Source: Dehalococcoidia bacterium
GTDB taxonomy: Bacteria; Chloroflexota; Dehalococcoidia; Lucifugimonadales; UBA3495
Direction of reading: 5' to 3'
Assembly: GCA_965208015.1 (NCBI GenBank)
Contig: CBDBNT010000003.1
Coordinates: forward strand, 305,832 to 369,831
DNA length: 64,000 nucleotides
Below the pieces are notes generated by a model. That model was given only the letters and a program-made list of their open reading frames with translations, was not told the DNA's origin and did no database searches. This document shows positions 1-8,449 of this stretch, one piece after another. Numbering within the stretch: position 1 is the stretch's first letter; each line of letters begins with the position of its first letter. A program made the position numbers and the translations under genes.

Positions 1-860
1 TGACCGCCGGCGAAACCATAGTCGCGCCGGGCGCCTACGACCCGATGTCCGCCCGCGTGGTGCAATCCCTGGGGTTCGACACCGTGTACGTGGGCGGTTA
101 CATGAGCGGGGCCCACCTGGCCGTCACCGAGCCGTTAATGACACTGACCGAGCAGGTCGACGTCGCCCAGCGCGTGGCCAAGTCCGTGCCGCTACCCGTG
201 ATCTGCGACGCCGGCGCCGGCTACGGTGATCCGGTCCACACCATGCACACCGTGCGCACCTTCGAGCGGGCCGGCATTTGCGGCATCCACATCGAGGACC
301 AGGTCTTCCCCAAGCGTGCCTCCTACCACGCCGGCCTGGAACACGTGATCCCCATCGACGAGTTCCTGGAAAAGATGCGCTACGCCCTGGAGGCCCGCAG
401 CGACCCCGATTTCCTGATCATCGGCCGCACTGATTCCTTCACCGCCGTCGAGGGCGACATGGAAGACGCCATCGCACGCGGCAACGCCCTGCGCGACCTG
501 GGCGTGGACGTCGTGATGCCCCGGGGTGTGCGCCAACGCGAGGACCTGGCAACCTTCCGCGCCGGCGTCCCCGACGTGCCGCTGCTGGTCATCGCCGGCA
601 CTGACGACATCACCGTGCAGGAATACGAGGAGCTGGGCTACAAGGTCATCATCTACGCCACCACGCCGGCCATCGCGGCGGTGCAGGGCATCCAGAACGC
701 ATACACCAGCCTGCGCGACACCGGACACATCGGCATCGGAGCAGCGGAGGTTGCCCAACGCCGGGCCGAGGTCGAGGCGCTGATCAGCCTTCCCGAATAC
801 CAGGCGGTGGAGGCGGCCACCACCGAGCGGGAGTTCCAGGACCGCGTGGGGCACCACTAG
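1..860 (+). CDS. Isocitrate lyase/PEP mutase superfamily enzyme (2-methylisocitrate lyase-like), 5' end outside window
   Basis: Frame 3 is open from the window edge (TAGETIVAPGAYDPMSARVVQSLGFDTVYVGGY...). Track ORF 45..860 is only the Met-initiated part. Family-typical GIHIEDQVFPKR and IIGRTDS segments. Confidence 0.8.
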   Translation, partial: TAGETIVAPGAYDPMSARVVQSLGFDTVYVGGYMSGAHLAVTEPLMTLTEQVDVAQRVAKSVPLPVICDAGAGYGDPVHTMHTVRTFERAGICGIHIEDQVFPKRASYHAGLEHVIPIDEFLEKMRYALEARSDPDFLIIGRTDSFTAVEGDMEDAIARGNALRDLGVDVVMPRGVRQREDLATFRAGVPDVPLLVIAGTDDITVQEYEELGYKVIIYATTPAIAAVQGIQNAYTSLRDTGHIGIGAAEVAQRRAEVEALISLPEYQAVEAATTEREFQDRVGHH

Positions 861-947
861 GCCCAAGTTGGGTTCACACCATCGGACTGCGCTCTGGCTG
901 TTCGTCGGGGCGCAGTCCGCCATCGAAGCAATGGGAAGGAGTCGGCT

Positions 948-1220
948 ATGGCATCAGAGGAACGCCAGCGCAGCGAATTCTCGACACGCGCGCACGCCAT
1001 ATACGACGCGGAACTGCGTCACAAGCTGGAACCCTACGAACACGGCCGATACCTGGCGCTGGAAGTGGAGACCGGCGACTACGAGATTGCCGACCGTTTC
1101 AGAGACGCCAACGCGCAGTTGCGTGAGCGGCATCCGCTGCCTGCAATGTTCTACACTTTCCGCATTGGCTATCCGGCCGCCCTCAAAATGGTGGGGGCGC
1201 GCTACGGGAGCCGGTCATGA
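948..1220 (+). CDS. Small protein (90 aa) of unknown function, coupled to downstream retropepsin-like gene
   Basis: GGAAGGA Shine-Dalgarno at 934-940 before ATG 948. The stop overlaps the next start (ATGA at 1217-1220). Confidence 0.6.
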   Translation: MASEERQRSEFSTRAHAIYDAELRHKLEPYEHGRYLALEVETGDYEIADRFRDANAQLRERHPLPAMFYTFRIGYPAALKMVGARYGSRS

Positions 1221-1579
1221 TTTTTGGCTACGTCAACAGGAACTTGGATCCAATCGTTGCGGTTTTCGTCGTGGACGGCAATGGCTACCGATGGCGTCAG
1301 GAAGTGGTTGTTGACACCGGCTTTAACGGCGACCTGACGTTACCGACAGAGTTCGTTGACCATTTGGGCCTCGTTTTGGTAGGTCAAACGGAGCTCACAC
1401 TGGCTACCGGCCAGACGGTCGATACTAATCAATATCAAGCGAAAGCGATTTGGGACGGAGAACCACTGGCCGTTGACGTGATGGAGTCGGAGAACCAATA
1501 CCTGCTGGGTACGAACCTGCTCCACGGCAGAACCTTGACTGTGCAAATGTGGGCAGGCGGCGACGTGGTTATTGACTAG
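1217..1579 (+). CDS. Retropepsin-like (clan AA) aspartic protease, single domain, 120 aa
   Basis: Catalytic VVDTGFNGDLTLP (D-T-G) motif plus downstream YLLGTNLL (hydrophobic-hydrophobic-Gly) motif typical of homodimeric retropepsins. ATGA coupling to the upstream ORF. Confidence 0.75.
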   Translation: MIFGYVNRNLDPIVAVFVVDGNGYRWRQEVVVDTGFNGDLTLPTEFVDHLGLVLVGQTELTLATGQTVDTNQYQAKAIWDGEPLAVDVMESENQYLLGTNLLHGRTLTVQMWAGGDVVID

Positions 1580-3101
1580 ATGGCCAGTCGCGCCAAGCCA
1601 ATCGGCCGGCCACAATGGTCGCCGCGGAACGAATGGCGGGCAAGTCCGCTATCGACATGGTGAACGGATCCGGTTCCACCACCGCCAGATCCGCCGGCAT
1701 CCCCGGCGCGATACGCCGATTGCTGGAGTGCAAAACCAGCGCCTCAGCCACCAACTTGACACCGACCCCTCCGAGATCAACGCCGGCGGCGGATTGGCGA
1801 GACACTGCGGCCGCAATTGACGCCCACGGGTTCGGTTCGATGATCGGAGCGTCGGAACCCAGAGCGACGGGTATATCCCGGTCGACCAACGCCGCCACCG
1901 GGTAGAGGTGCGGCAAGAGATCGCCAGCAACAGTGCGGAGATACCGCTCCCCGTCGTAGTGCAAAAACCCCGGATTCGGAACGACCATCGCCCCGCTTTG
2001 AGCCACCAGCTCGAGCACATCCGGCGGACATTCGGCGCAGTGCTCGATGCGGTCGAGAAGCCGGCTGCCATCTTCGGCAACGAGTGGCGGCGAGTCGCCG
2101 ATGGCCAGCGCGGACGCGACGACGGCATCTCGCTCCACCGCGTGGATCGCAACGGGAAAGCCCAGTTGGTGGGCATGGGCCACCATTTCGGCCAGCCGCG
2201 CAGGATGAGGTCGGAGTTGCCCGGTGGATGCGGTGAGCATGATCTTGGCGTGGCCTACCCTTAGTTGACCGTCGTTAGCAGTGACGCCGTATTTCCAGCC
2301 GGCGTTCAGTATTTCCTCCAACTGGTCGAAGCCAACCATCATGGTCAGCCGCAAGGGGAACGTGCCGTCACCCGTCTTCTCCTTGAAATATCGCCAGCGA
2401 TCCAGACCATTGCTCGGCCCGGCATCCGTGACGGCCGTGATTCCGTACGCCAGCATCTGATTGCCAAATCCCTGCAGAACGTCCGACCTAACCCTCGGAG
2501 ATGGATCATCGGATCTTCCCGCGCGGCCACGTAACCAGTCAGACATTTCCAGCAACAACCCGGTGGGTTCCCCGTCCCGATCCCTTACAATCACGCCGCC
2601 GGGCGGATCCGGCGTCTGTCGGTCGATGCCCACGGCTGTCAAAGCGCGGGTGTTGAGTGCACACGCGTGCCCAGAGCGATGATCCACCCCGACGGGTTGC
2701 GCCGTCGAAACCCGATCCAAATCGTTTCGGGTCAAGTGCCGGCCCAAGCCGACCGAAGTGTCGTCGTATCCGTAGCCACGTATCCAACCGTCACCGGTCG
2801 CCGCGGCACGGCGCAACGCGTCGATGATCGCATCTACATCGGGAGTCGCGGCTGGCCGGCAATCGACCCGCAGGCTGGTGGCAGCCGTCGCCAATACGTG
2901 GCAATGGGCGTCCACTATGCCCGGGATAACCGTGCAGCCGCCGCAGTCCAAAACGGTGGCGCTGGGTGTCACCAGTCCCCGAATTTTCCGATCGTCACCC
3001 ATCGACAGGACCTCCCCGCCGGCAATGGCCAGTGCGGTTGGATCGCCCACGCCGGCGAGAATTTTCCCGTTGAGCAGGACGATTTCGACGGTAGGAGTCA
3101 T
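1569..3101 (-). CDS. Amidohydrolase-family metal-dependent hydrolase (amidohydrolase 3-like)
   Basis: 510-aa ORF. N-terminal VIPGIVDAHCHV (HxH metal site) and C-terminal LGSDAP motif, as in TIM-barrel amidohydrolases. Confidence 0.85.
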   Translation of the reverse strand: MTPTVEIVLLNGKILAGVGDPTALAIAGGEVLSMGDDRKIRGLVTPSATVLDCGGCTVIPGIVDAHCHVLATAATSLRVDCRPAATPDVDAIIDALRRAAATGDGWIRGYGYDDTSVGLGRHLTRNDLDRVSTAQPVGVDHRSGHACALNTRALTAVGIDRQTPDPPGGVIVRDRDGEPTGLLLEMSDWLRGRAGRSDDPSPRVRSDVLQGFGNQMLAYGITAVTDAGPSNGLDRWRYFKEKTGDGTFPLRLTMMVGFDQLEEILNAGWKYGVTANDGQLRVGHAKIMLTASTGQLRPHPARLAEMVAHAHQLGFPVAIHAVERDAVVASALAIGDSPPLVAEDGSRLLDRIEHCAECPPDVLELVAQSGAMVVPNPGFLHYDGERYLRTVAGDLLPHLYPVAALVDRDIPVALGSDAPIIEPNPWASIAAAVSRQSAAGVDLGGVGVKLVAEALVLHSSNRRIAPGMPADLAVVEPDPFTMSIADLPAIRSAATIVAGRLAWRDWPSSQ

Positions 3102-3149
3102 GTGTGCTTTGATGGTAACTGGTCTTCGGAATCGGAGCGGTCGCAGTGC

Positions 3150-3155
3150 TATAAT
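3150..3155 (+). promoter_or_regulatory. -10 box TATAAT (extended TGcTATAAT) for the MBL-fold gene
   Basis: Perfect TATAAT preceded by TGc, 55 nt upstream of ATG 3210, in a divergent intergenic region. Confidence 0.5.
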
Positions 3156-3209
3156 CGCGCTCCATTGCGACTAAATATCTCGATTGACCACGTCTGGCGG
3201 AGGGACATT

Positions 3210-4013
3210 ATGCCGGAACTGGAAATCATTATGGGCGGATACTCCATCAACACCGATCAGACCCGGTTGGGGTTGTGCACCGTGACGCTGATCCGCGGCG
3301 AGGTGCTCTCCATCGTGGACGTGGCGCATTTTGGTCGCCGGAACATGCTGGTCGACGAACTGGCCGCCCACGGCATTTCCACCGACGACATCGGCCGGGT
3401 GATTCTAACCCACGCGCACTGGGATCACTCGCAGAATACCGATCTGTTCCCCAACGCGGAAATCGTTATCCACTCCGACGAGCTGGAATACAGCCGCAAC
3501 CCCCGGGTCGGCGACTTGGCAACCGCGAGGTACTTCGCAGACACGCTGCTCCAGCAGAAGGTCAACGCCGTCAGCGGTGAAACTGAGCTGGAGCCGGGCG
3601 TTAGGATCATCGAGACGCCCGGACATACCCGTGGCCACATCAGCGTCGTTGTAGAAACGGAGGCCGGCGCCGTCTGCATTGGCGGCGACGCCATGTCGGA
3701 TGCCGGGGCCATCGGCCGCGGAACCCCGGCGATCATCTTCTGGAGCGAGGCCGACGCCCGAGCCAGCATCCAGAAAATCGTCGCAGCGGCCAACACCATC
3801 TATCCCGGCCACGACCGCCCCTTCCGGGTGGAGTCCAACGGCGACATCACCTATTTGGCCGACTCGCCCACCCTCGAGGTCAGCGGCGTGCTGCACTACG
3901 CCAGCGGTGCGGTCACCGTCAAACTCGGACGGGCGGATCACCCCGGCACCACCGTGATGCCCAGCGCCATCGACTACCAGGGCGGGGGTCAGAGCCACCC
4001 CGGTCACTGCTAG
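3210..4013 (+). CDS. MBL-fold metallo-hydrolase
   Basis: LTHAHWDHSQN (HxHxDH) and TPGHTRGH motifs. Start chosen at ATG 3210 after GGCGGAGGGA. The upstream part of track ORF 2667..4013 is antisense to the amidohydrolase gene. Confidence 0.8.
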   Translation: MPELEIIMGGYSINTDQTRLGLCTVTLIRGEVLSIVDVAHFGRRNMLVDELAAHGISTDDIGRVILTHAHWDHSQNTDLFPNAEIVIHSDELEYSRNPRVGDLATARYFADTLLQQKVNAVSGETELEPGVRIIETPGHTRGHISVVVETEAGAVCIGGDAMSDAGAIGRGTPAIIFWSEADARASIQKIVAAANTIYPGHDRPFRVESNGDITYLADSPTLEVSGVLHYASGAVTVKLGRADHPGTTVMPSAIDYQGGGQSHPGHC

Positions 4014-4074
4014 TCGCACAGCCGGGAAATCTTCTGAACTCAAGACAACCCCGGCCGAGTCACGAGAGGTGGGT

Positions 4075-4986
4075 ATGCAAGCGGTCATTTTCGACTGGGA
4101 TTTGACGCTGTGGAACAGCTGGGGCATCCATCTGGGTTTGATGGAGAGCACCGCGACAGAATTGGGCATGGCTCCACCCACCGCCGAAGCCGTCGCCGCC
4201 GAGTTTCATCGCCCCTTTCACCAGCATCTCCTGTGGTTCTTCGGCACCCATCCGGAAGCGCAGGACGAGCTGGACACCATCCTTCCCATTTTTCTGAGCC
4301 ACTACCACGCCATTGACGGGCATCGCCGTTACCTATATCCGGGAGTTACCACGCTGTTGCACGCATTCCGGCGTCGCGGAATCCGCGTGGGCATCCTGTC
4401 GGATAAAATCCCATACTTCGGGGAGATCGAGCTTCGGGAGTCCGGGCTGGCCCCGCTGGTCGAGTACGCCAACTTCAAGACCGACGCGCGGCCCTACAAG
4501 CCGGCGCCCGACGGCTTGCTGGATGTCCTGGAGACGATGGCAGTCGACCCCGAGGACGCCATGTACGTCGGCGATGGGCCGCAGGATATCGCCTGCGCCC
4601 GCAGCGTTGGCACAACGTCCGTCGCCGCCCTGTGGGCCACCATCGACCAGGAAGCGATACTGGCGGAGCAGCCGACCCACCGCGTGTACCGTCCCCACCA
4701 GGTGATGGCCGTGGTCGCCGAGGCCAACGGCTACGGTGGTTCAGATCCGTGGCGCCGGCATCTCCCCTGGCCGTGGCAGCCGGACGCCGACAATCCCGAC
4801 GACGATCAGGACAGCGGGCACGCAGACCAGGCCGACGCCATCGGCGACGTGGACCGTCCCACGCTGCTGTCCTGGCCTCTGGCGGACCGCTGGCGCGGAC
4901 GCATCAATGATCTGGCGCTGCCGCCGAGGGACGCCAACCCCATCGCGCCTCTCAGATTGCAAACCGGCGCGGATGACAGCAGATGA
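4075..4986 (+). CDS. HAD-superfamily hydrolase (phosphoglycolate phosphatase-like) with acidic/Pro-rich C-terminal tail
   Basis: MQAVIFDWDLTLWNS (DxD nucleophile motif), ILSDK, and YVGDGPQDI (motif IV). Last ~90 aa are low complexity. ATG 4075 is preferred over GTG 4069. Confidence 0.8.
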   Translation: MQAVIFDWDLTLWNSWGIHLGLMESTATELGMAPPTAEAVAAEFHRPFHQHLLWFFGTHPEAQDELDTILPIFLSHYHAIDGHRRYLYPGVTTLLHAFRRRGIRVGILSDKIPYFGEIELRESGLAPLVEYANFKTDARPYKPAPDGLLDVLETMAVDPEDAMYVGDGPQDIACARSVGTTSVAALWATIDQEAILAEQPTHRVYRPHQVMAVVAEANGYGGSDPWRRHLPWPWQPDADNPDDDQDSGHADQADAIGDVDRPTLLSWPLADRWRGRINDLALPPRDANPIAPLRLQTGADDSR

Positions 4987-5047
4987 CCGCCCCGGGTGGT
5001 ATCCGCACACGATTCGCGGCTAGGCCCCGCCAGCGTCGTCAGGCGCG

Positions 5048-5075
5048 TTGCCAGCGGTTATGTTGCTTGTATAAT
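5048..5075 (+). promoter_or_regulatory. sigma70-like promoter (TTGCCA-16-TATAAT) for scoAB
   Basis: -35 TTGCCA at 5048-5053, -10 TATAAT at 5070-5075 (TGtATAAT), about 80 nt upstream of scoA. Confidence 0.6.
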
Positions 5076-5156
5076 GGCCGCACCCGTCGCGCTACCGACG
5101 ACGACGGCATCGCCGCAGGCTAATGGCGGCGACACCAGAAATGGGAGCCCACCCCA

Positions 5157-5855
5157 ATGAAAAACAAGGTTTTCCCCGATTTCGACTCCGCCGTTGCCGA
5201 CATGAAGGACGGCATGACCTTCATGTCGCCCGGTTTTGGCAACGTGGGCCTGGCCCGCAACCTCCTGGCTGCAGTGCACCGGCTGGGGGTAAAGGACCTC
5301 ACCGGCATTTCCAACAATGCGGGTTCACTGGATGACCGCGTGGACGTAGGTACGTTGATCGAAGCCCGCCAAGTCAAGAAGATGATCTGTGCGTTCACCG
5401 CGCCGACGCATCCGTCGCAGATCACGCCATTCGTCCAGATGTACAACGACGATGAGCTGGATGCAGAACTGGTCCCGCAGGGAACCCTGGCCGAGCGGAT
5501 GCGCGCCGCCGCCGCCGGTATTGGCGCCTTCTACACGCCGGCCAGCGTAGGCACTGAGCTGGCGGAAGGCAAAGAGCACCGGGAAATCAACGGGCGCACC
5601 TACGTGCTCGAGTATCCGTTGCCGGCCGATTTCGCGCTCATCCGCGCATACCGGGCCGACACCTTTGGCAATCTGCAATTCCGCCTGACCCAACGCAACT
5701 TCAACCCCGTGATGGCCATGGCCGCCGACATCACCGTGGTCGAGGTAGAAGACAGCATCGTTGAACCCGGGGAGATTGACCCGGACTGCGTGCACGTTCC
5801 GGGAATCTACGTTGATCGACTGGTGAAGATACCGGAAGACGGGATCTGGGACTGA
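5157..5855 (+). CDS. scoA: 3-oxoacid CoA-transferase subunit A
   Basis: 232 aa, family I CoA-transferase alpha-subunit pattern (GFGNVG...). Followed by the beta subunit. Confidence 0.9.
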   Translation: MKNKVFPDFDSAVADMKDGMTFMSPGFGNVGLARNLLAAVHRLGVKDLTGISNNAGSLDDRVDVGTLIEARQVKKMICAFTAPTHPSQITPFVQMYNDDELDAELVPQGTLAERMRAAAAGIGAFYTPASVGTELAEGKEHREINGRTYVLEYPLPADFALIRAYRADTFGNLQFRLTQRNFNPVMAMAADITVVEVEDSIVEPGEIDPDCVHVPGIYVDRLVKIPEDGIWD

Positions 5856-5922
5856 AGACGCCGGTTCAGATTAGCATAGACATCGAAGCGGGTACGCGAT
5901 CAAGAACACAAGGAGTACTGCG

Positions 5923-6612
5923 ATGACTACCGCGGACAAGCCCCGCCTCTCCCGGCAAACCATGTGCGACCGCCTTGCCATGGAGTTCCAGGATGGTTGG
6001 ATCGTGAACCTGGGTGTGGGTATGCCAACTCTTTGCTCCAACTACCTGGAGTGCGAGCCGGACAAGGAGATAATCTTTCATTCCGAAAACGGGGTGATCG
6101 GATTTGGTCCGTTGGCCCCGGCCGGGGAAGAAGACCGGCACCTGGTCAACGCCGGCGGCCAGAACGTGGTTGCCCTGCCCGGCATGGCCATCGTGCATCA
6201 CGCCGATTCGTTCGGGATCATCAGGAAGGGCATGGTGGACGTGACGGTGATGGGAGCGTACGAGGTCTCCGAGAACGGCGATTTCGCCAATTGGCGCATA
6301 CCGGTCCGCAAGGGCGGCGGCATCGGCGGCGCCATGGACCTGGCCGCCTGCGCCAAGCGCGTGTTCATCGCCATGGAGCACAACCAGCGCAACGGCGCGC
6401 CTCGCGTGCTCAAGCAATGCAACCTGCCCATCACCGCGCCGGGCGTGGTCAAGCTGCTGGCCACGGATCTGGGCCTGTTCGAGATCACGGAAGACGGCTT
6501 TGTCCTGCGCGAGCACGCCCCCGGCTGGTCCCCGGAGGACATCCAGGAGCAGACCGAGGCGAAACTGATCATCGCCGACGACCTGCGGGAGATGCGGGTG
6601 CGGCCGGCGTAG
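5923..6612 (+). CDS. scoB: 3-oxoacid CoA-transferase subunit B
   Basis: 229 aa with the catalytic-Glu motif FHSENGVIGFGP (SENG) of beta subunits. Confidence 0.9.
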   Translation: MTTADKPRLSRQTMCDRLAMEFQDGWIVNLGVGMPTLCSNYLECEPDKEIIFHSENGVIGFGPLAPAGEEDRHLVNAGGQNVVALPGMAIVHHADSFGIIRKGMVDVTVMGAYEVSENGDFANWRIPVRKGGGIGGAMDLAACAKRVFIAMEHNQRNGAPRVLKQCNLPITAPGVVKLLATDLGLFEITEDGFVLREHAPGWSPEDIQEQTEAKLIIADDLREMRVRPA

Positions 6613-6626
6613 CCACACAGCCAACC

Positions 6627-7763
6627 ATGTACACGTCCTTCAGCATCGAAAACTTCCGCCTGTTTGACCAACTGACGGTGGAACCCCTGGCCCGCGTCAA
6701 CCTGATCGCGGGCCAAAACAACGCCGGCAAGACTGCATTGCTGGAGGCGCTGTGGCTGCACAACGGGCAGAACAACCCGGAGCTAGCGCAACGCATAAAC
6801 TTGTGGCGTGGCTTGCCTGGCGGGGAACCGGGAGAGTTGTTTTCGGAGCTCTTCCGAGATTATCAAACTGACCTGCCCATCAGGTTGACCGCCGTTCGGG
6901 ACCGTGCAATGGGTGCCCGAACCTTGACCATAGTCCGTCAGCTGATAGCAGAGCGCACTAGCACACTAACTCCGACACTTTCCACTGGCGCTGAAACCCG
7001 AAGAACTCCACCGCAAAACATATATGAACATGAAATCGTGTTCGAGTACGTGGATAAAACCGGGGACTTGTTCCCATCCCGCGCTTGGGTAGAACTCACC
7101 CCGTTACCGTTTGAACTGCCCGTCCCTCCCGGCGTCCAATTTGATGGAAACGTAGCTGCCCTTCGCGCTGAAAGAGGGGCCAGCAGCAGTGACCGGAGAA
7201 GTAGCGTTTTTATGCAATCTCTTGGACGCATTGGTCCGCCGGAACTGGCGGCTCGTTTTGGACGCGCAGAAATCGGAGGCTACTTAGGCGATGTGGAAGA
7301 GGTGATGCGTCTGATAGAACCTCGCTTGCGTCGCCTAACCGCTGTACCCAGCGCAGATGGATCGGCATTGGTATATGGCGACGTCGGTACTGGCCGCATT
7401 ATGCCGGTGTCCTTGATGGGCAGCGGTTTCGCACGTTTCTTGGAATTGACACTTGCATTTCAAGAGGTTCGCGACGGCTCAATCCTTATTGATGAAATTG
7501 AGAATGGACTGCACTACGCAGTGCTGAACGGTGTGTGGTGCGCGATCAATCGCCTTTCCCAGAAGTTCAACGTCCAAGTTTTTGCCACCACCCACAGCTA
7601 CGAGTGCATCGTCGCCGCAAACAAAGCGTTCACCGAGATGGAATCAGATGAGCTGCACCTGCATCGTCTATACCGGCGCAGCGGATCAGAGCCAGTAAGG
7701 GCAATAACGTACACCAAGGATATGTTGGATACTAATATCGAATTCTTTTGGGAGTTGAGATGA
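6627..7763 (+). CDS. ABC/SMC-like AAA_21-type ATPase (378 aa), candidate defence-system ATPase
   Basis: MYTSFSIENFRLFD..., Walker A GQNNAGKT, long insert, Walker B SILIDEIENGLH, then FATTHS. Start is ATG 6627; the upstream 221 codons of track ORF 5964..7763 overlap scoB in another frame. G+C is lower than the flanks. Confidence 0.8.
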   Translation: MYTSFSIENFRLFDQLTVEPLARVNLIAGQNNAGKTALLEALWLHNGQNNPELAQRINLWRGLPGGEPGELFSELFRDYQTDLPIRLTAVRDRAMGARTLTIVRQLIAERTSTLTPTLSTGAETRRTPPQNIYEHEIVFEYVDKTGDLFPSRAWVELTPLPFELPVPPGVQFDGNVAALRAERGASSSDRRSSVFMQSLGRIGPPELAARFGRAEIGGYLGDVEEVMRLIEPRLRRLTAVPSADGSALVYGDVGTGRIMPVSLMGSGFARFLELTLAFQEVRDGSILIDEIENGLHYAVLNGVWCAINRLSQKFNVQVFATTHSYECIVAANKAFTEMESDELHLHRLYRRSGSEPVRAITYTKDMLDTNIEFFWELR

Positions 7764-8422
7764 TGGCGACGCGACAAGAAGGTTCGCAAGTCATTCATCT
7801 CGAACGCCCCTGTCTGCTTCTGGTTGAAGGGGCGGATGACTATTGGTTTTTCCGGCGGATCATCGAGCGTCGACAAAGTGCAGGCATACAAATTATCGAA
7901 TTCGGTGGGAAGGATACGCTGGGTGAATTTTTGACAAACGTCCTTGTTCCCCGTGTCCGGGGTACTGATATAGTCCGGATCATCGGCATAGTGAGAGATG
8001 CCGATGATTTTTATGACCGTGCGTACCAGAGTGTTGGCGACTCCCTGAGGCGCGCCCGCTTGCCCGTCCCCCGAGGGCCACTAATGTATGCGAATGGCAT
8101 GCTAGACGACACTACCATTCGAACAGCAGCGTATATCATTCCCGACAATGGTTCGCCGGGCGACCTCGAAACCTTGTGCCTTCAAGCAGTCCGTGATGTG
8201 CCGGCAATCCCCTGTGTTGACGGTTATTTCGACTGCTTGGAGCTAATAGGCCACGTTCCCCGCCAGGAAAGCAAAGCCCGCTTACAAGCTTTCCTTGCGG
8301 CGAACCCGGACAATCCCACATTGCGGATCGGGGAAGCAATCGCAGCCGGCGTCATCCCTTGGAACAGCCCGGCGTTCACCGGCGTCCACCAATTCCTGGA
8401 TATGCTGGACGCCGCCAACTAG
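7760..8422 (+). CDS. TOPRIM-like (DUF4435/DUF3226-style) protein, 220 aa, partner of the ATPase
   Basis: ATGA overlap with the ATPase stop (7760-7763). LLLVEGADDYWFF (conserved Glu) and IGIVRDADDF (DxD) acidic motifs as in OLD/TOPRIM-type nucleases. Confidence 0.7.
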   Translation: MMATRQEGSQVIHLERPCLLLVEGADDYWFFRRIIERRQSAGIQIIEFGGKDTLGEFLTNVLVPRVRGTDIVRIIGIVRDADDFYDRAYQSVGDSLRRARLPVPRGPLMYANGMLDDTTIRTAAYIIPDNGSPGDLETLCLQAVRDVPAIPCVDGYFDCLELIGHVPRQESKARLQAFLAANPDNPTLRIGEAIAAGVIPWNSPAFTGVHQFLDMLDAAN

Positions 8423-8449
8423 GTTCACACGACGCCAGGCGATCCCACA

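Noticed and set aside
5964-6626. N-terminal 221 codons of the 599-aa track ORF 5964..7763; likewise 2667..3209 of ORF 2667..4013.
   Set aside because: These parts overlap scoB (or the amidohydrolase antisense strand) in another frame and are Arg/Gly-rich nonsense. The recognisable proteins begin at ATG 6627 and ATG 3210.
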